Positions 52,821 through 64,000 of a stretch of DNA of 64,000 nt are shown here, piece by piece (the stretch's first letter is position 1; each line of letters opens with the position of its first letter). Source of the stretch: Negaprion brevirostris (taxonomy: Eukaryota); NCBI GenBank assembly GCA_030324005.1, contig JARDVH010000169.1:12935571-12999570 (forward strand). The letters are read 5' to 3'. A program made the position numbers and the translations under genes. The notes under the pieces were generated by a model that had not been told where the DNA came from, did no database searches, and saw only the letters and a list, made by a program, of their open reading frames with translations.

Positions 52821-54804
52821 CCATCCCTCCTGGGACTTGTGATGTTTTTCATCGCTAGGTTACAGTAAACCTAATTCTGGCACTCTGCGCCTACAGAATT
52901 GAGGATCTAAATAACACACTTGTTCACCCACAGCACACTTCAGAGAGAGCCAGCAGTGTTCAGCCAGAAACAAATAGAACAAACACGGGACAATGAGATG
53001 CAGGGACCTCCCACAGCTGCAGCTATGATCCTTGATACAGCAAAGCTTTAAAAGCCATTTTCCATCAGGATATTACAACATAAGCTCCTTTGCGATTCAC
53101 CCAGGAGGATCACCCCTTGACTGTAAGGAACAGACCTGCTGCTTCTGCAACATGCTATTCCCATCCACAGCTGGAGCCTCATGCGGAATTTGCACCTTGT
53201 TACTCCATATTATTTACACCAAGTCCTCAGGAGGTGCTTCATGGCTTATTTTTCATCGTGTACCTGTGGTGTCTTGAGTGCTACCAGTCCTTATTTACAC
53301 TGAATTGTGTAAAGAGAGAGCTCATGTAATCATCCAACTCTTCAGGGATTTAGAACAGACTAAATGAAAAAAAATAATCCTAACTTAATCACAACTCCAC
53401 AGACCTGATGCTGTGCTCTGGTTACTTGGACACCTGCCCTAAAGGCAAGAAGCAGAATGCAGATAATGAAAGTCTATTTTCAGTAGTCTCTTGCAAACAG
53501 CTGTCAGATTTAATTTGCAGAATGACACGTTTCTTATGCAATTACAAATCAGTTACCATTTTAAAAATTAATGAACCCAATATCGTCTTTAAATACTTTC
53601 CACCAGTGCAACCGTAAAGCGGTGAGCAATGTCCATAAAATCTGGCTTTCTCAAACATGGCTTTGCACAATTTTCATGCCAACAGTTTCTCTATAAAACA
53701 GACAAACTTGGGAATGAATGAAAATTCTTTCAATGAACTGAGGAAACACAAGAAGAGGAGTGAGCGATGAGGAAAACCCTCAAGGCTCTACATGGACAAC
53801 ACTTGGACTGGAAGGCATCAAATGCTGTTATTGGGGAAGGAAGCTTGTACAAATTGTGAGGAGGAAAAATTGGGCATTTTTTGGCTTGGAGTTTGTTCAC
53901 ATTTATTGTGGAACCAAAAATGTTAGTGAGAGAGTGTTGTTCACCTGTACAAACATTCACATTTTGGAAAATTACTTCCTGAACCTTTGCCAGGAAATTT
54001 CTGTATGTGGCTCATCCATCAAATGGTGTGAAAGAGCTTCCAGCAGCCAATACTGGCTATGGCTTGAATTCTTCTGTGGGTGCAGACACTCGCTTTGAAA
54101 GATATCCAAAAAGTTTGACATTAAAGTACTGAAAGCACAATTTACAAGCCTCATCACAAATGTGATCACGTTGAGCTTTGTAATTGAGCAGCCCGGGTGG
54201 TAAAGGTTATGGAATGAAGGAGCTTCAGATCTTTGGATTGCCAAATCTCCAGGCTTGTGCTGGAGTCTTTGAGGATTAAAGATGATGTCAGTGCTCTGTG
54301 CAACCCAGGCTCAAAATCAAAGGGATGTTATTAAGAGATTTTTTTTTTGTAAATTCTGCTCTCATTATTCGTAATAAAAGTATTGGAGAAAGGGAAAAAG
54401 GGCTGTTTAATCAGGTAAAGCAGTTGACAGTAGAGGGGGGTCATGTGATGGAGGTTCCAGGAATAGTCACAAAGCAAGTCATCAGTCTGTCCTTGTGTTT
54501 GGACAATATGTTCTTCTTTAAAGTTGGTACTCTGGAAATTTTGAGTGTGACATTTACTATTCAAGTTCAGTTGTGTGTCAGTGCCTTTCCGTTGCAAAAG
54601 TTAATCTTAAAATTTACTTTCAAATCAGTATTCCAAGTATCAATGTGGTGAAGGCAATGGGAGAGAGAGAGAGACAGAGATTGAAACCAGGAAATTCCCA
54701 AGTTNNNNNNNNNNNNNNNNNNNNNNNNNNNNNNNNNNNNNNNNNNNNNNNNNNNNNNNNNNNNNNNNNNNNNNNNNNNNNNNNNNNNNNNNNNNNNNNN
54801 NNNN

Positions 54805-55062
54805 GAGGTTAGACTCACCGGTCGATAATTTCCTGGGCTATCTCTATTCCCTTTCTTGAATGTAGGAACCACATCCGCAATCCTCCAGAACCTCTCCCGT
54901 CACCATCGATGACACAAAGATCATCGCCAGAGCCTCTGCAATCTCTTCCCTCGACTCCCATGATAACGTGGGGTACATCCCATCCGGTCCCGGCGACTTA
55001 CCTATCTTGATGCTATTCAAAAGCTCCAACACATCCTCTTTCTTAATGTCCACCTACTCGAG
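54805..55062 (-). mobile_element. CR1 ORF2 fragment (RT N-terminus) next to a gap
   Basis: DIKKEDVLELLNSIKIGKSPGPDGMYP...; VPTFKKGNRDSPGNYRPVSLT. Confidence 0.9.
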
Positions 55063-55087
55063 CTTTTCGTTTTTTCTTTGCAACGTT

Positions 55088-56210
55088 CTATGTAGCCTGC
55101 TTCACTCTACATCTAGCTTGCAGATGATCCTGCTTGCATCTGAAGCCGATAAAATTCTTGCCGAGGCACATTTCTTGGGGGTGGTCTCCCGAACACTGAA
55201 AAAATGCCTCCGTCTCTGGTGCTGAACAACTCCTCTCAGGCTCTGCTGCGCCTTCACTCAGGCTGTTCCCAGTAGCAACCATTTCAAACCACAACTGGTT
55301 CACCTTACTCTGCATGCCTTGCAGCTCGCACATGCCTTGCAGCTCGCACATGCCTTGCAGCTCACACATGCCTTGCATAGCACATTCAGGCACTTGGGCC
55401 ATCTCTGCTGCTTTTTCTAGTGAAATCTTGGTTTTAGCCAGCAGTTTCTTTTGGATGTTGAAGTTGTTGATCTCACAAACCAAACAATCCCTTAATATGT
55501 CTCCCAACAAAGGCCCAAACTTGTAGTGCTTAGCCAGCCATCGAAGCCAGAGATTGTCTCTCCTGGCTCCTGAACAGCAAAGTGGAATTTGTACCTTTAC
55601 ATAATAACAGAAGGTCTGGGGGTTATGGTGATCCTTTACTAAATTTACTAACTGGTCAAAGGCTAGCATGTCAGAAGCTTCGGGTGACATCAAATTCCTC
55701 ACCAAATTGTGAGTCTGTGGACTGCGCACTATGAATGACATCACCTTCTGCTTCTCTTCAGCTGCTATTTCGTTGGCTGCAAAATCTCTCAATGTAATGC
55801 ACCCTCCAAAGCCCCCCCCACCCCGACTTGTGGATCAAATAGTTCTATTATCCCAAATAGCAGCATCTTTAAAATGGAGTCCGTACCTTTTCACCTTTGA
55901 ACTTTGAGATATCGTTCTCCTCCCCTTCTGATTCTGCACTGTGGGCATTCAACAACTGATCCAGTTTGTCCTCATTGGTAAGTAACAAACTAAAAGATTT
56001 ATTGACTGAGAAGAACCATGTACAATTAAGGAATTAATAGTGCAACTATACAGATCTACTCCCAACAAAGCCCTCACTCCAACTAAAACCTTCCAGCTCC
56101 AGGAATGCATGCCCTGAGTCCTGATTGACCCAGGTTGACACACTCCATTGGTTCCAGCCTGATCATTAAAATTGGGGATCCTCAAGAGGCCGGAATTAGA
56201 TGAGCACAAG
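55088..56210 (-). mobile_element. Ty3/Gypsy LTR retrotransposon remnant: probable 5' LTR (~55975-56210) and frameshifted gag (ATG 55866 to 55088)
   Basis: MLLFGIIELFD..., FAANEI...EKQKV...LVRNLMSP...FDQLVNLVKDHHNP, LRDCLVCEIN...IQKKLLA, two decayed CCHC knuckles; AATAAA in the LTR-like segment. Confidence 0.85.
55313..55376. repeat. 18-bp tandem repeat (catgccttgcagctcgca) x3.5, encoding GMCELQ in gag
   Basis: Direct reading; matches QGMCELQGMCELQGMCELQGMQ in ORF 55088..55792. Confidence 0.9.
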
Positions 56211-56449
56211 GATCTCGAAGCATAGAGGAATGAGGAAAAATTTAGTGCTGTAGTTTTAGATTGCGGTGAGGGCCAAACATGATGACATTGGTCTTTGACT
56301 ATTAATCAGAAGAAATTGCTACTCTTGCAGGACAGGATATACAGGACAAGTCATCTGATGATGTAGAGAGAGTGGTACTGGTAAGGATAATCTGGGCTTC
56401 CATTTGGCCTCTGATCTTTTGTTATATAATGTTGTCTTTTAAAAAGCAT

Positions 56450-56850
56450 TTAGAGTTACATGGGTAAAATGGGTATAGAGGGAAATGGGTCAAATGCAGA
56501 CATTTGGGACGAGCTTAGTGGTAAAAATTGGGCGGCATGGACATAGAACATAGAACATAGAACATAGAACATTACAGCGCAGAACAGGCCCTTCGGCCCA
56601 CGATGTTGCGCCGACNNNNNNNNNNNNNNNNNNNNNNNNNNNNNNNNNNNNNNNNNNNNNNNNNNNNNNNNNNNNNNNNNNNNNNNNNNNNNNNNNNNNN
56701 NNNNNNNNNNNNNNNTCACAGACCCGCAGTAGCTGCTCCTTGAAAAAACTCCACATTTCGGACGTACCCAATCCCTGTAATCTCCTAGTCCATGACATGT
56801 TCTGGACATGTTCAGCTGAAGGGCCTGTTTCCATGCTGTACACCTCTACG
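56450..56850. mobile_element. CR1 3' end (+) interrupted by a minus-strand CR1 with (ATAGAAC)n tail, collapsed over a gap
   Basis: catagaacatagaacatagaac...aacaggcccttcggcccacgatg; SEMWSFFKEQLLRVC. Confidence 0.75.
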
Positions 56851-58799
56851 ACAATGGCTGTGCTGTGAAAATGTGATGAAAGTGTTTTTCCAACAATGCG
56901 GTTGGGTTAGATGTAGCTCCTAGCCCAAGAAACTTAGTTGTGAGCTATTCCACAGGTAGCCGTTCCCTGTGGAGTGTCCCTGCCAATCCTTAACCACAAC
57001 CTTCTGCCTTCTCGGCCTTTCAGATCTCTCCCAACCAGCACAGGTCTTTCTAGTTCCTGCCTGCTCCGCATTCCTTGGCTGTGGTCTCCGATCTCCCTCC
57101 TGGCCTCCCCAGTCTCTCAGTCAGACCGGTAGCAACTAGGAAACGGGGACAACAAATGCTAATCTTCTGTTTAGTTTGTCAGAATTGCAGGAAACTCGTG
57201 TTTCGGGTTCCCAAATGCAAAACTGCACCTCTGTACTCAGAAACATCAGCGTTATAGTTTGTGAGGGAGTCAGTGATTTCAATGAAGGCTGCAGGAAGGT
57301 AAGTTAGAAATAGCTTCAGCATTTTTGATTGCTGTCCAGTTGGGCTTACTGGAAACAAACACCAGATGAGAGGAGGATTAAGAAGAAATGTTGCAGGTCT
57401 CAGCTGGTGTTATAGTGGATGTTTGAACACACCAGAAGTATATCATGACATGGTGAGATTTTTAATCAAAGTTTACAAATCTAGCTCTTGCCAGTGTGGG
57501 AAGAGGAAATGGTTGCTTCATAATCAAACACAATTGTTAAAATTCCCCCTCAATGTCTACATAACATGGGGGTCCACGTGTCATCTAGGCTTTATACATC
57601 AAACACCAAGGCATAAGGATTTCTTCTGCCCTACTCACTTATTTCAATCTTGGGACTTTGATGAACAGAATGTATCTGGTGCCACTCAAATCTGATTAGA
57701 ATCTACAAAATGCTTTTTTCTGCCCAATGTTCGAAACAGATTCCCTTATTGGGAGAATTCTTTAGTGGATTTCGAGACCAAGTAAATGTTTGCCTCACAA
57801 AAATGGGTTTAAAATCTGCAGCTCTGCAATTCCAGATTTGAAGTTATGTAAACCTGGACAAGATAATGTCTTGCAAATCAGCTCTGCAGCTTATGTTCAG
57901 CCAGTTGTGATATTCCAAACGTTAACAACCCACAAAGGCTCTGCTGTGTAAATGGTCTGCAAACCAAGCATTTTAAAGCAGCTCAGAGTCAGTGTTAAGT
58001 ACATTTTAAATATTTCATTTGTAACTCAGGGAAATGAGGTGTGGAAAGAGTTTTTGGAGCAGCAGAGGGCTGAAATTACTAAAATAAACCATCAGATCGT
58101 CATTAAGCCTTCACTAATACTCTCTGCCATGGATTCCTTAACATGAGGTCTTTGTTATTTCAACTTCTAAACCTCATTTAAACAGTCTAGCTTCTCTCCT
58201 AGCGCAGACTGGTGCATGTAATCCTTCTGGCCAGCAGGCAGGATAAGGCCTGGTGCTGAACACCACTGACAATCAAAAGAAATGGCAAGTAATGCTTACC
58301 CGAGGGACTTCCGCCCTGATCTTGCTTGTCATGGTTCGCATGCTGTACTGCAGAGTGAAAGCAAAAGTGCTCAAGGCACATCTTTTCTTATTTGTTTCTC
58401 TTCTTGAATCATCGCTATTCATTTTGGCTCTGGAAGATGAACTTTACTGTCATTAAATCTCTCCTATCAGGCCTTCCTATTGTTCTTGTCCCACCCAATC
58501 CTTGCTCAAAACCAACTTTTCCCAGTTCTGATGAAAAGTTACAAACCTGATAACTTAACTCACTTTCTCTCTCCACAGGTGCTGCCTGACCTGTTGAGTA
58601 TTTCCAGCATTTTTTGCTTGTATTTATAATATGAAATTTCCTTCAAGTACCTTGATTAGTTCAATTTTTCTCATTAAACGTCACATGCACATTGTGCATG
58701 ACTGGCACTGGTAAAGTTTAGATATGGAACTATGGAATTCAGAATTTTAATGTACTGTTCACTAACTTAAACAAGTATAGCAATGTGGTTGTGTCATAA

Positions 58800-60570
58800 A
58801 TGCCTTCCAAAATAGCCTAGCAAGCCATTCAGCTGTATCAAACCACTATGGAATGAAACCAGGCAGACCATCTGGCATCAACCAAGATACTGGAAATGGC
58901 AACGGCTAATCCAGTTCTGTTGACCATGTACAGTTCTCCTTACTAACATCTAGGGGCTTGTGTCAAAATTGGGAGAGCTGTCCCACAGGCTAGTCAAGCA
59001 CTAGCCTGACATAGTTATACTCACCAAATGATGCCTTACAGATAATGTCCCAGAACCACCATAACCATCCCTGGCTATGTCATGTCTCACCAGCAGAACA
59101 GGCCCACCAGCGATGGCAACAAAGTGGTACACAGTTGGCTTGGGACCCTTCATCAATGACTTCATCTCCACAAGGAGTCTCCCAAGCAAAGTACATTCTG
59201 TGCCCTTGCCACTTTCAGTGCTTCTTCCAAGTGGTGTTCAAATAGAGGACTATTAATGCATCAGGTGGGGTGGGGAGGGTGGTAAGTGGTAATCAGGAGA
59301 TTTCCTTAAAGAAAGTTCCATCTTCACATTGAGGACACCCTCCACTGTAATGCACGGCACAAACACTGCTAAATAGGATAGATGCCAAACAGATCTAGCA
59401 ACTCAAAACTGGGCATCGAAGAGGTGCTGCAGGCCATCAGCAGTAACAGAACTGTACTCAACCACAACGTGTAGCCTCATGTTCAGCAAATACCCAATTC
59501 TACCATTATCTGTAAGTTAGGGGATCAACCTTCATTCAATGAAAAGTGCAGGAGGGCATGCAGCACCAGGCTTACCTAAAAGTGAGGTGCTAACCTGGTG
59601 AAGCTACAACACAGGCTACTTGCACACAAAACAGTAGACACAGCATGGATTACTCAGAGCAAAGCAATTCCACAACCAACAGATCAGATCGAAGCTCTGC
59701 AGTCCTGCCACATTCAGCTCTGAATGGTGGTAGACAATCAAAAAACTCATTGAAAAAGGAGGCTTCCAGAGTATCCACATTCTCAGTGATTAATAAATAT
59801 CTGGAATCAAGGGTATACTGATGACCATGAAACCATTGTCAATTGGCAGAAAAATCCATTTGGTTCACTCACATCCTTTAGGGAAGGAAATCTGCTGTCC
59901 TATCTGGTCTGGCCTACATGTAACTCCAGAACGACAGCAATGTGACTGACTCTCAATTGCCCTCTAAGAACAACTAGGGATGGGCAATAAGTGCTGGCCA
60001 GCCAGGACGCCCATGTCCCATGAATTAATTTAAAAAAGTAATAGAATTGCCCAGCACAAGAGAGCAAAAGACAAGACTGGAGTATCTGCAGCCATTAGCC
60101 AGAATTGTCACGCAGATAATCTATTATGGCCACCTCCTGAGGTTTCAAACATCACAGGTATCAGTCTTCAGCTAACTCAATTCACTCCTTCACATCATTT
60201 ACAACATGCACTGTGACAACTCAGCAAGGCAAACTTCAAGTCTTGACCTCTACCACCTAGTAGGATAAGGACAGCAGACACCACCACTTAGAAATTCCCC
60301 TCTAAGCGACCCATCATATTGACTTGGAACTATAACATTGTTCCTTTATTATAACTAGGTTGGAGGCCTGGAACTCCCTCCCTAACAGCATGGTGGGTGT
60401 ACCTACACCACATGGACTGTAGCTATTGAAGAACACAGTAAGAAGTCTCACACACATCATGGCTGTTGAAGAAGGCAGCTCACCACCAGCTTCTAGAGGG
60501 CAATTGGGAATGGGCAATAAATGTTGGTCTGAACAGCTACACTCACAAATGATTACATTTAACAAAAAAG
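58800..60570 (+). mobile_element. Internally deleted CR1/L2-group LINE (same family as 10230-11600) containing a SINE copy at ~59790-60035
   Basis: Endonuclease start LLTNI*GLVSKLGELSHRLVKH*PDIVILT; 3' end gaagaaggcagctcaccaccag...gggcaattgggaatgggcaataaatg. Confidence 0.75.
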
Positions 60571-60899
60571 ACACAATAGCTACCCATTATCACGAAAAAT
60601 AGAAATATAAAATATGGTTTAATGAAGGACAGAAGGGCCATGAGATTCACCTGGACGCAGTGACTGGTTTCTGGGCACCAATGTTATTGGCCCAGGAGCA
60701 TTTTCTCTGATGGTCCTAGTCAAGTTGGTTTTGAAATAGATGGTACAGATTTTGGAATGGTAACTGGACAAACAAAGCCAATTCACACACTGACTCCAGT
60801 ATTCCAGCCCAACATTAAAGTCTGTGGGCTCACAGCTTTGTTGAAGGGGTGGTGGTGTGATTGTGGGTTGGGATCCTGTAGTATAGGAGGCCATTCACA

Positions 60900-63800
60900 A
60901 GAGGGGAGCAAAAAGACAAGCAGTGGTTGTAGGGGATTCTGTAATTCGGGGGATTGATAGTATCCTTTGTAAGCTGGATCGTGAATCCCACATGGCACAT
61001 TGCCTGCCCAATGCCAGGATGAGGGATGTCTCTGACTGGCTAGAAAGGATATTAGAATGGGAGGGGGAGGATCCAGTTGTTGTGGCCCACAATGGGACAA
61101 ACAACGCAGGCAAGACTAGGAAAGAGGACCTGTTTGGGGATTATCAGCCACTAGGAGCTAAATTAAAGAACAGGTCCTTAAGGGTTATAATCTCTGGATT
61201 GCTATCCAAGCCATGTGTGAATCAGCATAGGATTGAGAAAATTAGGGAAGTAAACATGTGGCTAAAGGAATGGTGCGGGAAAGAGGGGATTCATTTCATG
61301 GGACATTGGCATCAGTATTGGAATAAGAGAGATCTGTACCACTGGGATGGTCTTCACCTGAATCGATCTGGGACCAGTGTTCCAGCAGAAAGGATAAATA
61401 GGGTGGTCACAAGGGCTTGAAACAAACGAGTAAGGGGGAAGAAAAGGTTAGAATTACAGGAAGTTTAATGGTTAATGGGAAGCAAAGCAGCTGGTTAGTA
61501 CGTGGGGAGAAAGTTTCAACTACATGGAAAATTATGAAAAAAGTTAAAAGGAAGAACTCAGGAGTTGCTGTTAATGAAGTGTTAGGATTTAAAATGAAGG
61601 CATAAAAACCAGCAAAAGGGGACTTTACCTAAATGCTCACAGCATTTGAAACAAGGTTGGTAGCACATAAGTATGATTTAGTGGCCATTGGAGAGGCATG
61701 GTTGCAGGGTGGTTACAACTGGGAGTTAAATATCCAGGAGTATCAGACTATTCGGAAAGACAGACAGGAAGGTAAGGGAGGTGGTGCTGTTCTGATATTT
61801 AAGGATGACATCAGGGCAGTAATGAGAGATTATTTGGGAACTATATAAAAAAAGATTGAATTCATTTGGATGGAAATTGGAAATAGTAAGGAGAAAAAGT
61901 CAGTGATAGACATAGTCCATNNNNNNNNNNNNNNNNNNNNNNNNNNNNNNNNNNNNNNNNNNNNNNNNNNNNNNNNNNNNNNNNNNNNNNNNNNNNNNNN
62001 NNNNNNNNNNNNNNNNNNNNAGTAATGAGAGATTATTTGGGAACTATATAAAAAAAGATTGAATTCATTTGGGTGGAAATTGGAAATAGTAAGGAGAAAA
62101 AGTCAGTGATAGACATAGTCCATAGTCTATAGACTGTCACAAGGGTGAGCAATAAACAAAGAAATAGCTGATGTAAAAATGGTACGGCAATTATCATGGG
62201 GGATTTTAATCTACATGTCAATTGGTCAAACCAGGTGGTTCAAGACAACGCGAGGAGGAATTCACAGAATGTATCCGTGATAGCTTCCTTGAACAGTATG
62301 TAATTGAACCTATGAGGGAGCAAACTATCCTAGATCTGGTCCTCTGTAATGAGACAGGAATAATGATCTCACAGTTAGGGCTCCTCTCGGAAGGAGCGAT
62401 CACAGTATGGTTGAATTTAAAATACAGCTGAAGAGAAGGTAAAATCCAACACCAGTGTCTTGTGCTTAAACAAAGGAGACTACAATAGGATGAGGGAGAG
62501 GTTGGCTAAGGTAGACAAAGAGCAAAGACTTTATGGTGGGACAACTGAGGAACAATGGAGGACTTTCAAAGTGAATTTTTGCAGTGCTCAGCAAAAATAT
62601 ATACCAGTGATAGGGAAGGACTGTAGAAAAAGAGATAATCCGCCCTAGATATCTAAGGAAATAAAGAAGGGTATCAAAATGAAAGAAAATGCATACAAAG
62701 TGGCAAGGATTAGTTGGAAACCAGAAGATTGGGAAATCTTTAAAGGTCAACGAAAAGCCATGAAAAAAAGCTACACTGCAGCCCCGTTAGAATGCGATGG
62801 TTGGGGTCCATAAAATGTTATTGCGAAAAAAAACGGGGTCGCGCTAAATTGGGGTGCTTTGGTTACATTATGGATGATCCCAGATTCCATCAGAGCTCTG
62901 TTTGTTTATACAATCGCTACACGCTTCAATAACTTCTAACAACCTTTTGAGTGGCAGGTCCAGGCTAGTTTAAAACAGGCAGTAGGGATGTTTATTTACA
63001 CAAACACTTTCATAGTCCATTAACTGTGAAGTACTTCCTCTTTTGAGCAACTGTCTAATGTAGTTTTTTTTGAAGTGAGAACCCCTTTTATCTGAACCGG
63101 GCAAGGGGGGAAGCAAGTGTTTTCTGTCCACAATTTTTTTCTAAGACAGATTATTTTCACTTCAGAAATAGATGGCAGTAACCAAAAATTTTTCAGTTCC
63201 CCAAAAAGAGCACAAAAAGGTCCAATGATTCACTATGTTATATCCGAATTCGCGTTAAATCGGGGTGCGCAAAATTGGGGTTTCACTGTATAAAGAAAGA
63301 TAGATTATGATGGTAAACTAGCTCAGAATATAAAAACAGATAGCAAAAGTTTCTACAAATGTAGAAAATGAAAAATAATGGCTAATGTAACCATTGGTCC
63401 TATAGAGGATGGGAAGGGAGAATTTAATAATGGGAAATGAGGAAATAACTGAGGCTTGGAACAGGCATTTTGTATTGGTCTTCACAGTGGAAGGCACAAA
63501 TAACATGCAAAAATTGATGACAAGAAGCAGGTGAGGTACTAGAAATGATCACTAAAGTAGTAATGTTGGGCAAGTTTTTGGAGCTGGAGGTGGACAAGTC
63601 TCCTGGCCCTGATAGAATGCATCCCAGGGTACTAAAAGATGGTGGGGGGAATAGCAAATGCATTTGTGTTAATTTATCAAAATTCACTAGATTCTGGGGC
63701 GGTTCCAGCCGATTAGAAAATAGAAATGTGACACCACTGTTTAAAAAAGGAGGGAGACAAAAGGCAGGTGTCTATAGACTAGTTAGCTTTACTTCTGTAG

Positions 63801-63970
63801 TGAGGAAAATGCTTGAATCTATCATCAAGGAAATAATAGTGAGGCATTTGGATAGAAATTGTCCCACTGGAAAGACGCAGCACGGGTTCATGAAAGGCAG
63901 GTCACAGTTAACTAATTTACTGGAATTCTTTGAGGACATTACATGTGCAATGGACGATGGGGAATAACCG
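60900..63970 (+). mobile_element. CR1 LINE with ORF1 SGNH/GDSL esterase domain and decayed ORF2 (endonuclease, RT N-part), 3'-truncated
   Basis: VVGDSVIRGID, CLPNARMRDV, HNGTNN, DGLHLNRSG (ORF1); LYLNAHSI, IMGDFNL, ILDLVLCNE, DKSPGPDRMHPRVLK, QHGFMKGRSQLTNLLEFFE (ORF2). Confidence 0.95.
62774..63288. mobile_element. Tigger/pogo-like (Tc1/mariner) non-autonomous DNA transposon inserted in CR1 ORF2, TA TSD
   Basis: TA|cactgcagccccg ... ggggtttcactg|TA, imperfect TIRs with sub-terminal cggggt-gcgc repeats; removal restores aaaaagcTAtaaagaaa CR1 sequence. Confidence 0.8.
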
Positions 63971-64000
63971 GGCACATTTAGCCACAACCTCTGAAAAGCA

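Noticed and set aside
55760-55785. FAANEI resembling the exon 5 start FIAANDK
   Set aside because: It is embedded in Gypsy gag sequence, and no KLWFWLEVNS follows.
60923-61420. 165-aa SGNH esterase ORF as an independent gene
   Set aside because: It is CR1 ORF1, directly followed by a decayed ORF2.
61818-62123. ~100-bp direct duplication around a 100-N gap (likewise 32785-33005 and 45680-45902)
   Set aside because: Duplicated sequence directly abutting fixed-size gaps indicates unmerged contig or haplotype overlaps, not biology.

Overview
Eukaryotic (vertebrate) genomic DNA from a gapped draft assembly. The repeat repertoire (V-SINE/HE1-like SINEs, many CR1 LINEs, Penelope-type palindromes) suggests a cartilaginous fish, probably a shark (inference). 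The window appears to lie inside KCNMA1 (Slo1/BK Ca2+-activated K+ channel alpha subunit) on the minus strand. Five coding exons are readable with canonical AG/GT boundaries and consistent phases: exon 6 (S4), exon 7 (S5), exon 8 (pore GYGD + S6), and a tandem pair of 92-nt mutually exclusive exons 9/9alt only 85 nt apart. Exon numbers follow the mammalian gene; exons 5 and 10 were not found and probably lie outside the window. The rest is intron, filled with decayed transposons: a near full-length L1, CR1s, RTE, Rex1/Babar, an I-group/Vingi-like LINE, a Gypsy gag remnant, a solo LTR, a Tigger-like MITE, SINEs and Penelope-type hairpins carrying decayed hammerhead cores. Best leads: (1) the e9/e9alt switch and its 85-nt intron with two RBFOX motifs; (2) two candidate exons I do not recognise, both in frame with the channel (138 nt in intron 6; a CpG-rich exon in intron 5); (3) hammerhead-like palindromic retroelement relics. 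No prokaryote-type systems are present. Repeat family names come from motif recognition, not database searches.
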